This document shows, in pieces, positions 1 through 12,285 of a stretch of DNA of 64,000 nt. The stretch's first letter is position 1. Each line of letters starts with the position of its first letter. The DNA lies in assembly GCA_048772705.1 (NCBI GenBank), contig JBLWGC010000085.1, positions 6,462 through 70,461 of the forward strand, read 5' to 3'. A program made the translations under genes and the position numbers. Under the pieces are notes generated by a model. The model saw only the letters and a list, made by a program, of their open reading frames with translations, did not search any database and was not told where the DNA came from. Origin of the DNA: Leidyana gryllorum EB-2025a (Eukaryota > Protista > Apicomplexa).

Positions 1-1115
1 TCCGGTCTGATAGGAACTTTGTTCCGTTCAGCAGAGAATCTCAGGAACCTTTGTAGCGCAGCCTGCCGACCGTATCCGTCCAGTGACTGGATTTGCAACA
101 ACTGTCAACAAAAATTGAGGCATCGTTGATTGGCATCGAAGAACTCACATAATTCTCGTGGCAAAACTGCAGCGCATGGAACCCTTGACCTCGTGGATGT
201 CTCAATAGGGGCGGACCATCCCTTCGTACGTCTTCAATAGATAACTCAGCTAGTAAATCGTCACGTAACCTTTTGGGTGGTTCCAAGGCAATCTGAGCCG
301 AGGCTCCCCCCACCTCAATCATACCCACTCGTTGCTTCACCTTGCGACCAGCAACCCCTGATGACACACGAGTTTGGCGGTGTCTCCCGGTGTGGATCAT
401 GCTCACCTTGCGCCTCCGCCCTCCAATTGTCTTTAAGCCAGGAGCCGGGTAACGGTTCCTCGTCAGCTTGTTCACCCTCGGCCAAAAGAAGCGGGTGGAG
501 CTGAACATGTTCAAATGGTTCATAGAAGCGCCGAGCCAGCTGATTGATGGCAAGCCAACTGTACGCCCCCTCTTCATCTCCTGTAAGTACTCGGGCCCAC
601 GAACGCCGATGCTTTATTCCCCATCCTGATACAACATCGCTGGCCAAATCCAGAGCGTGCTGTTGGTCTTTCGGGTACAGATATCTGAATCCACCTGTAG
701 CGCGGAGCAGCAATACAGTGCGAGCACGGTCTTCCGGCCGTAATGCTTTGTGGAGATAAAGCTTCAAAGGTTCGAAATACTCCGCCAGTTTGGCTCGTAA
801 AGCATTATCGTCTTGCGTCTCATCCGCTTGCAGATTCTGCCATACACTCGCTAGTCCGGGCTTGGTCTTAAACGCCCAGCCCGGCATGGTCAAGTGGACG
901 GCGCCTTTTCCGAAACATTCGGTAGGGGACCATTCATAAGGATGGAGGTGCACTCGCGAACCAGTGCTGCCAAGGTCAATGATAGCTACGTAGTCAAAGT
1001 CTGGAGCTTCTGCACCCTGCTCGGTGGGGAAAGGTGGGGGCTCCAGACTGTCCGCAGACCTTTCGGCTACAACATAGAGAATGGAGGTACAGAGTAATAG
1101 GTTTGACCACTTCAT
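1..1115 (-). CDS. GDA1/CD39-family NTPDase (apyrase), N-terminal part; spliced, runs off the window start
   Basis: N-terminal hydrophobic signal. Apyrase conserved regions IIDLGSTGSRV (ACR1), LRATGGFR (ACR2), LTGDEEGAYSWLAIN (ACR3), GMIEVGGASAQI (ACR4). A 49-nt GT-AG intron (358-406) joins ORF 315..1115 to the frame of ORF 41..577. Confidence 0.9.
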
Positions 1116-1129
1116 TCAATTTAGGTTTT

Positions 1130-2205
1130 TTAAAATACGGCAGTTGAAATGGTAGCAGCTAAGGACTGCACGATCTCCTCTTGGAGGCACTCATCGACAG
1201 CTGACTCGAGGCGCCGCTTTGCATTCATCTTGCCGACCTGCCAACGGATGTCTGAAACAGGATGCACATGTATTGAACCCACCCTATTGAGCATAAACGA
1301 GTCGTCGTCGAGTTGTAGTTGTTGGGTCACTTCCTCCTTCCAGCTGCTCACCAGCGACTTGATGTTTGACACGCGCTTAGTCTGATTCTCGCGATGTACA
1401 TCATATGGTTGCATACTCAGAGCTTGTACCCATCTCGTCTGCATCAGTCCCATCAACATCCTCTGTTCCAGATCGCTCTTGCGATAAGATATAACTATGG
1501 AATAGTAGTGCTTGTTTAAGCCGTGTATCAGGGCCGTGATTGCGGGCTTGGTGAGATGGCCGATGTTACTGGTAGTTTGCCGTGGTTCTTGACTCAGCAT
1601 CAGCAAATGGGGATTGATCAATCGGAAGCAGTCAATGACAGCTACACCTTTAACAGACTGGATTGGGTCCACAACCACTCCAACGGCTCTGTCGTGAGTG
1701 AGACTCTCAATGGAGTTAACGGTGGCCTTACCGAGAGTTCAGCTGCTCGAAAGACTGCTGCGTGTTGATATCTGTGCCGGAGAACCAACAGCCGAACCCA
1801 GGGTGACTGTGGTACCATCCGACGACCATTTCCGGCCGTCCGGTACGTTTCAACATATCGAGCATTTCAGCCTGGTACACGGGATCAACGGCCTCAACTG
1901 ACACAGTGTTGCCCGATTGCGGCATTGAGAAGACATCGACAACCTTGATGGTGTAGTCGTCCACAAACTCGCCAAGCATCAATCCCATAACTTCCATGGG
2001 CACCCCAGCTCGGCCATGCCGAAGCATCTTAATCAATGCGAGGGAGGAGATGATGACCTACCGGACATTCAACACTGTAAGACACTCATATTGACACTTC
2101 ACATACCTGCTCGGCTGTGTCCGCCAACGGCACATCTCCGTCATTGCCAGCCCCTCCTCCAAGACCTCCTATCAAGCTGCGAAGATGTGGTGGGAGTCCT
2201 GCCAT
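1130..2205 (-). CDS. RPN11: 26S proteasome lid deubiquitinase Rpn11/PSMD14 (JAMM metalloprotease), 4 exons
   Basis: [41 protein letters not shown] (JAMM motif), [25 protein letters not shown] at 2205. Introns at 2058-2106 (49 nt), 1689-1731 (43 nt) and an in-frame ~45-nt intron near 1238-1282. Confidence 0.97.
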
Positions 2206-2233
2206 CTCGACTTTATTTTTTGAGAGACGCAAA

Positions 2234-5200
2234 CTAGGCTACTATGCATTCCACCCCAAGTGTTGACCGCCGACTTGTGGTTGGAGGTCCTTCATCTACC
2301 AGCAGGGCTTTCAACGGCTTTTGTACGAACTTCCCTCTCAACCGTTCTCCGAGAAAAGCTTCGCCAAACGTCAGAGGCATATTCTCACCCTCCTCTTGAG
2401 CGTCTTCCTGGTACCAACGTTTCAATTGGACCATCAATTGCGCATCATCTATCATGTCCTCCAAATCGTCCCTGCATCGATGCGATATGCGGTACGAGAC
2501 GCCCCCACACTCACTGCCACTCGTAGAGTAGCTGCGCCAGACAAGAGTTGATCTCTCGCTGGAGAGCGGAAGTCTTTTCCTGTAGCGCCTTGCGAGTGGA
2601 AATGAGCACCGGCAGAACCTGACAATGGGCAATCGATTACTGGAAGAAAGGGGGCCTCGAACTCACGCTCTTGCTCAGATACTGTTTCAAAATGGCACGG
2701 TTGAAGCGCGCCCGCTGCTCTTTCTGCAGTAAGACGTCCTCCTCCCCGGTGCTGTCCGGCGCCAAGCCCGCCTTCTCCAGAGGCGTGGCCGAAGCGAAAG
2801 TCAACTTCAAGTCAGCACTAGACAGAACCACTAAAACATCGCTCATGGCTCGTCCACTTCCGGAGGTCCGAGAAAGTGGCGTCTCCAGAGGTGGTGCGCC
2901 GCCAGGGTTCTGTCGACTGGGTAAGAAGGCTTGAAGGAAGTCGTTCAACAATCTTTTCATAACCTCGTGTCGCTGGGAATCCGAGGCAAATGAGAGAAGT
3001 GCACTGTATATTCTGTATCGTCGAACGTTGTCCGCACTCATTTTGAACGACTCCACACACAGTCCGGTCACGTCGCACAATTCGGCTGCAATGGGGTGGA
3101 TGTCCAGAGCCAGCGGCACAGAAGGATGATCTTCGAAGCCGTTCAGGAAGCAGACCATCTCTAAGAAATAGGTATTCAGGAGATCTTTCTGCAATTACTA
3201 GTGGCTAGAGGTTCAGCTTGCCCATCCACTCACCACTCGCGGTAACACTATACCCGCCACCAACTTGTGGGCCAAGCTACGAACCTGCGGATTGTCATCT
3301 CCCAAGGCAAACAAGAAACTGTCAGTGTGGGAGTGAGTAGTCCGACCATACCACTACGTCCGACTCACTGATACAGTAGAAGACCTCTCAATTTGAGATA
3401 ATCCTGAGCTGCTAATTTGGACAGCAAGACCAGGATTTGAATGCGAGCTTGGAACGAGTTCTCGCATGCATATGAACTCAGCTGCGCTGACATCACTGGG
3501 AAATAAGGATCCACCAAAGAGGTCATCTTCAACGTGAAGTCATAAACAGCCTGTTGAGATCGAATGGAGCCGTGCTTTTCGGCAGCTCACTCACAAAGGC
3601 GAGATTCATTAACAACGGGTCCTTGCCAGCCGTCACCGCAGGCTGTTGAGGTCCCCCACCGGTGTGTAACGAGAGCCCAGACTGTATCAAAGAAGGCATC
3701 AGTCGCTTGGCTACCGCCTCGTGCGATAACATGATCTGAGCAGCCGAAACCAAAGCTACCCCGCGTAACCAGATGGGTACTTCATGCATCCAATGAGTCA
3801 TCTCATCATCCCCCTTAGACATAGAGCGAAACCCATTTCGCGCCAAAGCCAGAAACAATGTCGCGAATACGGGTGCCACTTCAGCCATATACACATGAGC
3901 TTTGTTCGAGTGGGGGAGCGTCGAGCTCACGGTGTACAGAGTTCCAACCATCCGCAGAGCCACGGCACCAGCATGAAGCGTGACTTCGCCTCGTCGAGAT
4001 GTACTCAACAGCGATATCAAACCTTTACATTGGAGTAATAACGAGGTGATTTCCTCTCGTAGGGTTTTATTGTCGGTGAACTGTTCCAAATACGCGCGGG
4101 TGAGGACTGGAACTAGTCGGTGCGACAGATCGTTGCTCTTGATTCAGAGACACTGTGTGCCAGTCAAACATCTGTGCTTACTCTCAGCCTCAAGTTGAGA
4201 GCCTCTCGCACGTCTTTACGCAGCTCATCCGACACATTCAGTCGCATACATTGTCGCCATTGCTCCCATGCAATCGTGTCCGTTTTTGGGGAGTGGTGGA
4301 CTACAAAGTTGCGAAGCCAAGCTTCGAGACACGACGCATCCACAGATCGAAGCCACTGGGGACGGTATCGGAATCCGATGGTCAACAAGACGGACAGAAG
4401 AGGCAAAACCTCTCGCGTTGCCCCTTGAGCAACCCGTCTCAAACACCTCTGTATCAGAGAGCCGCCATTGTACCCGCTGTTGCCAACTGAAAGGGTCATC
4501 ATCGAACTCACTCTTTCAGCGCGGCTGATAACAGCACGCGATGCAGCAGCTCTTGACCGTCCCAACACTCCAGAACTCTCGAGACTATTTCCGAGGAGAG
4601 TCGACCTGTGTCACCTGCTGTGCCTGGCTTTAATAGGACGTCGTGAAGCAGTTCGCGTGCTTTCGCAGCTACACTGTCCTCGTTGTCGGCACACAAGAAG
4701 AGTAAGTTTGGCAACAAGCAGTGCTGCTCGATCCCATTCTTGCGTTCTGTCCAAAGTGCCCGGCCATTCATCGATCTCCTTACCGAGAGAGGCTCCAATG
4801 AAAGACACCATTCGTTGTCTCACGATGACCGAACTGTCGTCAACCAACATGCCGAGCGTTTGGGCGTTCACCAGACAGCACGGGGGCAAACGCATTCTTT
4901 CGCTGTACTCCGAGAAGAGATTGGCACAGGTGTCCAGCAACCCGACAGTGGCCCGTCGAACAGCAGATTTCTCATCCAGCAATCTCAGATCAATCAAAGT
5001 CAAGACCGATTTCCAAGGGAAGCCTAGAGTAGACGATCCTAACACCTCTCCGAAAAGCCATTGGAGGTCTTCAGCAGGCCGCCCAGAGTAACTATTCAAT
5101 AATCCCGAGAGCGCTTCGATCGCTCGCAGGCGTACACTGGACAAGGCATCCTCCGCCCGAGTGAAGATCCCCGCCAGAAGCCCGTTCTGCAGCAACATCA

Positions 5201-6828
5201 TACTCTCGAACCCATGGGAGGCAACGAGCAAAGCTTCGGCTGCTTCCGTGGAGATGACCCGAATAGACGATCTGTCGTGGAGTTGGAGTCTGAGGAGGAC
5301 GGCGACCAAATATGTCAGTGGCCGTCCAGCTTCGAGGAGCTTGCGTGCAATGGCCTGTAACCAGTTAGTCAAACGTTCTCGGCACTCTCGCTTTTCAGGG
5401 CAGTAGAAGAGAGCTTGGCAGAAGAATGCAGTGATGGGATGACCTGTTTCGGCCGTCACGCACGATCTCTTAGTGACGCTCTTACCTAACTCCAGTGGAA
5501 CTTTGGGAACATCTTTCACCTCAGGCACCTCACTGTCGGGTTCGTCATTTTCGTCATCGCTTTCGCGCTCAGGTTCTGCAGCCTGCAAGTCGAAGTTCGA
5601 AACCTCCCAGGGTTCTGGAGCCATCAATATCGCTTCAACGATATCGAACGAACGCTGCGAATGGTCGATATGGCATAATCAGATGGTCGACTTGCCTGTT
5701 GAATGACTTGAATATTACTGCTTTGCCCCGTGCGCGCATGTCCACCCAAGAGGGGAGCCAAAGTGTGCAGGATTATGTGCAGTAATCCGACGAGGGTCGC
5801 ACTGTCGAAGGCACCAGAGCAACGCCATCTTGAGCGGGGTAGGCCCCAAAGGATAGCGGCATCGCACGTCTGGCATTGACCATCAAGAGTGGAGGCTGTT
5901 TCCAGTAATGTGGTGAAGAGGATCCTCAAGTTGGTAGATGCAGCACTACTGCAACTCAGTTCCACCGAGCGACGCAGGTGCTCGTGACCTTCCTCAGAAT
6001 TGACTAGACCTCCTAAAACGATCGGACATCTCCCCAACTCTTTTATGCTTTGCAGTTGTGAATTGGTGAGTCCATCCCCATTGGTGACCAAACTATACAT
6101 GCACGGATTGGTGAGTAGTCCGAGGACTGCGCGAGTTTCCTCATCCTGGGGCGATACGAAGCGAAGGGCGAGCAGAAGCTGATGACGAGGTGATCGTGGT
6201 ACGTCGTCTCCTCGAGAAGCCCACCAGTGTCCAACAGTGCCAGATATACATGAGCGACGCGGGTATCTCACCCCGTACACTTCTGACTATAAGAAGAACC
6301 GCGACAAAAGAGACACAGACATGGAGAGGCAGAGATCTGACCCCTGGGTACTTCTCTCTCAGGAGGGTCTCCAAGCCTTGCCAGAGAGAGCTTTGCTATA
6401 GAGAGGAAGTTCATGTGGCGGTGCTGTCCTGAGGTTGGACAGGGACAGCCTACCTCTCCGCTGTTGTCTGTCGAAGTGATTCGCCGGTTATAATGCAAGA
6501 CACAGTCCAGTACATCTTTCAAGTCACCACTGAGAATAATTGCCGTTTGATCTAAAGTAGACACATCACATTGTCCAATGGTCTACGGAGGGTTTTCGGC
6601 GCTCAAACGTGTGACACCCACCTCTTGCAATAGCCCATAGAGGGGCGTTGCCAGGGCTCGGACGGATGGGTCGCATCTAAAGGCTCCCAGATCGTTTCGG
6701 AAAGATTCATCGACATCATCATCATTGAAGCCTTCAAGGCAAGCTGCTTCATCCTGTCCAACCTCGAGCGCCCGCAGCAGTCGTAAGGCCGCATCGTAGT
6801 CATAGCCTTCAAAGTCGACGACTGACAT
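2234..6828 (-). CDS. NCAPD3: Condensin II HEAT-repeat subunit CAP-D3 (Cnd1-domain family), multi-exon
   Basis: A chain of minus-strand ORFs with HEAT signatures (EDALSSVRLRAIEAL, LLDEKSAVRRATVGLL, LVDDSSVIVRQ). The C-terminal blocks YFLEMVCFLNGFEDH and RYRIYSALLSFASDSQRHEV resemble CAP-D3. Exact exon borders not all resolved. Confidence 0.75.
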
Positions 6829-6926
6829 GGGTCACACACAGTCTTTAGGTAAGACTGAATAAATTTGGCAGTACGGCTGATCGCATCCCTTTTTACACTC
6901 TAGTTCCTGAATAGTACGATTCGGCC

Positions 6927-8183
6927 ATGCGTTTGTTGGGAGTTATCGCTAGCTACATTGCCATAGCTAATGGAGCGCTACTGTTTGAGAAAGGTACTCT
7001 CACAGATGCGGAGACCATCAAGTTCTGGGGCAACGATGGATCATTGAGCCAGATGGTTCTGCACGGAGGCAATCAAGAAGGTTCTTTGTTACTGAAAGTT
7101 GAAACTCCCGACCTCGATCTCTTCATCTCTCCCTCCCGTGGTATGAACATTATGAACATGACTGCCAAGGCTAATGGGAATGAAATGTTTGTGGGATGGT
7201 CCAATCCGGTCAAAGGTGTTGTAAACCCGGCGTATGTTAATCTCATGGAACGGGACGGCAGTGGTTTCCTGCAAGGTTTCAACGAGGTGATCGCTCGGTG
7301 TGGGTACCAGTGGGCCGGCCACGCCGGCGAAGATCGTGGTGAATTCTTGACCTTGCATGGTCTCATGTCGAACACGCCAGCTTACGAGGTGTCCTACACT
7401 GAGGAGGACAACGCGTTTGCCATCTATGCCAAAGTGAGGCTCGCGACATTCAAGAAGAGCAACTTTGAGGTGATTTCGGGCATAAGAATTGCAAAGGGGT
7501 CCCGCGAGGTGTGGTTGGAGGATACTTTGAGCAACATGGGCGACTACACTGAAGAGTACATGGCCATTTACCACGCGAATTTTGGATCTCCCATCCTCGA
7601 GAACAAATCGAAGCTTTACGTACCCGTCAAGCAGGTATCCCCGTTCAACGCCAACGCCATCCTGGACGTCGCAGAGTGGGACACTATGCTCCCTCCTACA
7701 CTAAAGTACGACGAGACAGTGTATAACATTTTCCCGTACGCGGACTCCACCAACTGGACGCTCGCTGTGATGGCCAACAACGCGGAGGATCGCGCCATCG
7801 GAGTCAGATGGCGAGTCGACGAGCTCCCGGTGTTTGGCCTCTGGAAGAACTTGGACACCGAGAAGACTGGTTATGTAGTTGGTTTGGAACCCGGGACCAG
7901 CTTCTCCTACAACCGCCGTTGGAACAGAGAGATTGGTCTGGTACCTACTTTGCCAGCTGGGCAGAGCGTCACTTTCTCCACAAAGTTCCATCCTCTGATG
8001 AGTTCATCGGAGGTTGAGAGCTTCAAGAACGAGGTCAAGACGATCCAAGGTGACCAGGAGCTGGAGATTCGACAGATCCCGCTGACTCGGCAAGACGAAG
8101 GTTCACCGGGCGAATCTGGAGCCCTGTCTTACCTGTCGTTGACTGTCGGCGGAGTCCTGGCCTACTGCGCCACTTTTGCCTGA
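6927..8183 (+). CDS. DUF4432 / aldose 1-epimerase (galactose-mutarotase-like) family protein with a signal peptide and a GPI-like C-terminus; intronless
   Basis: Motifs SPSRGMNI, GWSNPVK, FLQGFNE..RCGYQWAGH, LTLHG, YHANFG, WKNLDT, YVVGLEPGT are typical of bacterial DUF4432 proteins. N-terminus MRLLGVIASYIAIANG; hydrophobic tail LSYLSLTVGGVLAYCATFA. Confidence 0.8.
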   Translation: MRLLGVIASYIAIANGALLFEKGTLTDAETIKFWGNDGSLSQMVLHGGNQEGSLLLKVETPDLDLFISPSRGMNIMNMTAKANGNEMFVGWSNPVKGVVNPAYVNLMERDGSGFLQGFNEVIARCGYQWAGHAGEDRGEFLTLHGLMSNTPAYEVSYTEEDNAFAIYAKVRLATFKKSNFEVISGIRIAKGSREVWLEDTLSNMGDYTEEYMAIYHANFGSPILENKSKLYVPVKQVSPFNANAILDVAEWDTMLPPTLKYDETVYNIFPYADSTNWTLAVMANNAEDRAIGVRWRVDELPVFGLWKNLDTEKTGYVVGLEPGTSFSYNRRWNREIGLVPTLPAGQSVTFSTKFHPLMSSSEVESFKNEVKTIQGDQELEIRQIPLTRQDEGSPGESGALSYLSLTVGGVLAYCATFA

Positions 8184-8386
8184 GACACTCAAGATTAATC
8201 ATCAGGCCCGTAGACGAATGTTGTATTTATCGAAGATCGCTGTCAGCATGGAGTAGCTGGTCTTTTTTCGTTGTGGTCTCGTGCGTTGTGCGCGCGACGC
8301 CCAATCGTTCTCGCTCTCTGCATCCGAAGACTGACGTGCCAGATCACAGAAAAGTCAAAAGTATACCGTGTTCATGTACTCAAAGA

Positions 8387-9388
8387 ATGATCCAACGGGG
8401 ACACAAACCTTCGCGTCCCGTACAGCTTTCCCGCAACGGACAACTGATAGTTCCAGCCTGGCGCACTCTGATCGCGGGTGAACACGTCCAGTCAATTTTG
8501 CTCGCAGTCGGCTCAGAGCGAACGCGCAGTCTCCTTGATGTGATCTATGCTACTCGATTCAGAACACACTTCCTGAAAAGCGATACTCTTTACGGAGTCG
8601 TGACTTGCACAGATGAGATTGTGCTCTTCTTATGCCCCAGCAATGATTCCACTATGGTATGGATACTTGGACAGCCCCCGATCTCTCTCATATTCTCTTC
8701 AGAAACTTCGCTGCCACAAACTGGCATTCTTCGTATCTGCTCTGGCTGACACTATTTTCATGGAGACGGCACCTCTCCGCGGGCGCGGTGCGATCTGCGA
8801 GATGCCAGATCTCGGGTTCTGCTTGGATGTACGTCAGTTGAATTTGTATGCAAAGATGTCCCCCAAACGTCTTGTTGTGGTCGCCGATGAGGAGTCCTCA
8901 GCTGTGAGAAGTGAGTGCGGATCCCTGACATCCACTTAAGCCGTTCGCTTGCCAGGAGACAAGTCCACAACTGTCAGTAACCCGGCCGCGAAAGGACCGC
9001 CCAATCACGGGTGTGAGAGTACCCGCCCCGAGACCGCAGTTTTCTCTCACATTTATTTGGTGCAAATACCCGACTGCGGTCAGATCTCTCCCGTCGACTA
9101 CACGAAGAGAGTGTCTGAAGTAGTTGAAATGTAAGAATGGCCGAGTGTGTTTCATAATGCTTGTCCAGTATTGACCGGAAGCGACAGAAACCTCCGCACA
9201 CGAGACATCGAACTCGCCAGGCTGTCAAGTTTTGGCGCGCACTGAGTGACCTTCCACGAGACAAAGTAGCGTTGCAACCCTTATTGGACCTAATGAGCGG
9301 CTCTCAACGAAATCTTTCGACCTCTCGGTATGGAACAGTGAATTACCTCAAGAGAGTGAAGGCAGATGAAAGTGGCAACAGACGATGA
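8387..9388 (+). CDS. Family A member 1, hypothetical protein, 4 exons
   Basis: Introns at 8657-8702, 8911-8955 and ~9131-9168 join four ORFs in frame. Shares ILLAVGS..LLDVIY, FFVSALADTIF, SPKRLV and IDRK...FW with its neighbours. Confidence 0.7.
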
Positions 9389-9549
9389 AAAGAGAGGAGA
9401 GACGAGACGAATGGTGACTGACAAGACTCCGTTGCTGTTGAGTCAGAGCTCTGCAAGAAACATCGACCTCAATTTGTACTTTGTGTTGGGCTGGCCCCAA
9501 GGCTAGTGTGATTGTTCATTTTTGCGTCTTTCTGGGTCGGCGGGATTTG

Positions 9550-10755
9550 ATGGCGTCGGCAGTCACCGTACTGGCTCATGATGAGACGTTCTTCGATGAT
9601 GCATGGCTGCGGCTGGTCCAATCCGGCCCAGTGAAGAGAGTCATCCTCGCCGTGGGAGGACAATCGGCCAAGAAGTTGCTTGATTTATACTATGGAACAT
9701 CCTTTGCCATGTTCGGACCCGAGGATATGCCTCCTCGCGTACTTTACGGAGCCATTGCCAATTCGGGTGAGGTGGTGCTGAATTTGGTACACACGGAGGG
9801 ATGGAACGTTTCGGTAAGCTCTACCGAATCGCAAGACAGAGCGCTCATCGCAATACATAATAGTGGGAGACTCGGAGACTAATGTTCTTCGCGGGCTCGG
9901 TGGCTGACACCATCCTGTCCGATTTGGACGCCTACGGGCGTGTGAGCTACTACATACAGCAGAGCCGTCTCGCAGATTACCAGCGACTGCCACGTAAGCG
10001 ACTGGTGGCTTACGAGGTGGACAATGGAGACGGGGTGGCGAATCGTGCAGGTCAGTCTCTCGGCGGGTGATGCAACATCTCAGAACTTGAGCTTTACACT
10101 CAATGTCACAGGCTATGTATTCGAGGATCGCGTCTTGACAATGCTTGAGAATCTCAAGAACTTCGATGATTATTCGCGAGACGATCTCTCTTCTTATCAG
10201 CCGCTAGTTGATGTACACAAAGTCGCTATGCCCTCGGCGACATACGCTGACCCGTCTATGCACTGGAGTCGCGTTGGAGAATTACGCAATCTGTAAGTTA
10301 CGTCTCGCCAACTTCGGACCAAAAGTCATTGCCACCCCAGAATTGACCGGAGGCCCTTAGATCCCTTCGACGCCCAGACTTTGGTCAATGCTGCCCCCCT
10401 CTTCTGGAAGCGACTCGTAGACTCCTCAGAATTGTCAATAGAAGTTCTGATGGGTTGTCTGGAATCCCAATCGCCAGCAAAGGCAGACTTGTCACCAACG
10501 GCCCTGTCGACCCCCCCTGAGCCCTTGCGCCAAGCTGGGGAGAACACGGTCACAGCCGAAGCCTTTGCCGCACCTTCTGAAAAGGCGTTGGCGGTGGACA
10601 AACTGGAAGATATCCTGAGAGATGTCAATGTGCTGGCAGAGCGAGCCCAAAAACTGCAGGGGGATTTCAGTAGTAGAAGCGCAGAGATCGATGCCGTGCT
10701 GCACCAATTGACTGTTGCATTGTCGAATCTCTCGAAACGGGACAATAACGCCTGA
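9550..10755 (+). CDS. Family A member 2, 4 exons, C-terminal coiled coil
   Basis: Introns at 9814-9863, ~10051-10111 and ~10293-10340, at the same positions as member 1. Motifs VILAVGG..LLDLYYGTSF, FFAGSVADTIL, LPRKRLV, IDRR...FWKRL. Confidence 0.75.
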
Positions 10756-10807
10756 AAATCTGTTTGAGATGAAGTACTGTGGACCCAGTTGAACTTAATG
10801 ACCTGCA

Positions 10808-11859
10808 ATGGTTGAGTGTGACACCCTTATCTACCTGGGAGATCAATCGCTCAATCAGGCTAACTGGAAGGAGTTGCACGAGCACAACATTAAGCAAGTT
10901 ATCGGTGTGTTGAGTGTGGGGGGATGCAAGGATTTGGCAACTGTGGATTCCTTATTTGGCACGGGTTTCGCTCGCGAACTTGGTATACGCTGTGGAATGT
11001 GGGGGTATATAGTGGATGAGCGGAGGCTTGTTGTATATTGCGAACCCAGGCTCAGGTATGAGCTGGTTGTGAGACAATTTATATCGGCCATAGCCGATGA
11101 TATCCTAATCTTCAACCAAACGAGTCCCGTGCCGGAATGGATTGATTGTGACGGGCTTACAGAACCGCCTTACGTCCCAATGAAGCGTGTTTTCAACATT
11201 TACGAGCGTTCTAACACTCCCAACGAGACCTTGGAGGAATATATACTTCGATGCGCCAACGACGTCCGAGCATTCACACAATGGCACCAGTCTCGAAAAC
11301 TCCGAGGCATTGAATACACTTAGGTCTTTTTGCCGAGTCAGACTTGGCCGGTCAGTCGGAAAGCACGGATCTCCGAGCTAACCAAACTGTAAGTTTGAGC
11401 ACAGTGATGGTTTCATCTCCAGTCTACAGCATATATAGGGGGGCGATCCCCTACTTCTTCTCAACTCGAGATATGATCGCTGTCGCCCCCAGTCTCTACC
11501 CTGGGCAGCTGAAGGAACCCGAACACATGCGGCGGCTCAAATTAGCCCTCAATAGGCCGCCGGAATGCTCACAGCCACGCGTTAGAGAGCCAAGTGAGTC
11601 CCGGGTGTATGCAATAGAGACACAACGAAAAGTCACAGATGACGGGAAACCCAAACGAGACATCAGATGTGTCGTGACAGCAACGCTGGAGAACTTGAAA
11701 AATGTAGAGAGGGAGCTGCATGAGCTGCTGGAGGACAAAGCGCGTGAACAGAATTTCCCCACCGAGCGAGAGGTTATCCTGGAAGAACTGTTATCTGCCA
11801 GTCTTCTTCTGCACACTGTGGCAACTAAAATTGACGTTTCACTGACACCGTCTCCATAA
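10808..11859 (+). CDS. Family A member 3; the junction between the domain ORF and the coiled-coil ORF is unresolved
   Basis: ORF 10808..11323 has VIGVLSVGG..VDSLFGTGF, FISAIADDIL, PMKRV. ORF 11344..11859 has the LENLK coiled coil. No strong splice donor was found to remove the TAG at 11321. Confidence 0.55.
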
Positions 11860-12285
11860 GTTGGTCCGTTTTCTGGGGCTTCAGCGGATCACCCAAGTCG
11901 CAGCCGACTGGGCAACCGTGTTGGCGGAAGCTCTCAGTCAGCCCGTTGGCAGCTGACTGAGATCTTAACAAAATAAGCAAATTGATCTGAGCATCCATCT
12001 TAGTCACTTCGGAACAATCGAGGAATCGAGTTTGACACCTGCACGCTGGCGAGAGACAAAGAATGCTCGTATGCAGTGGCTTTGAGCTCAGCAGCATTTC
12101 GTCAGAATTGGCAGTCGCACATTGGGTCGTACAGGTCACTATTTTTTCTTGACGGGGGCGTCAGGACATCGGTTTCAGTCAATCAAATCGAACGGTGGCT
12201 CGCCCGCCCTTCGAGTGTGATTGCGACACGACGTTATTATGAAAAGAGAGAGTTAGTGTTGATCGACGCCGTCGAAACACTGAAA

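Noticed and set aside
9878-9885. TAATG stop-start overlap suggesting translational coupling
   Set aside because: Intron 9814-9863 fuses the two ORFs in frame.
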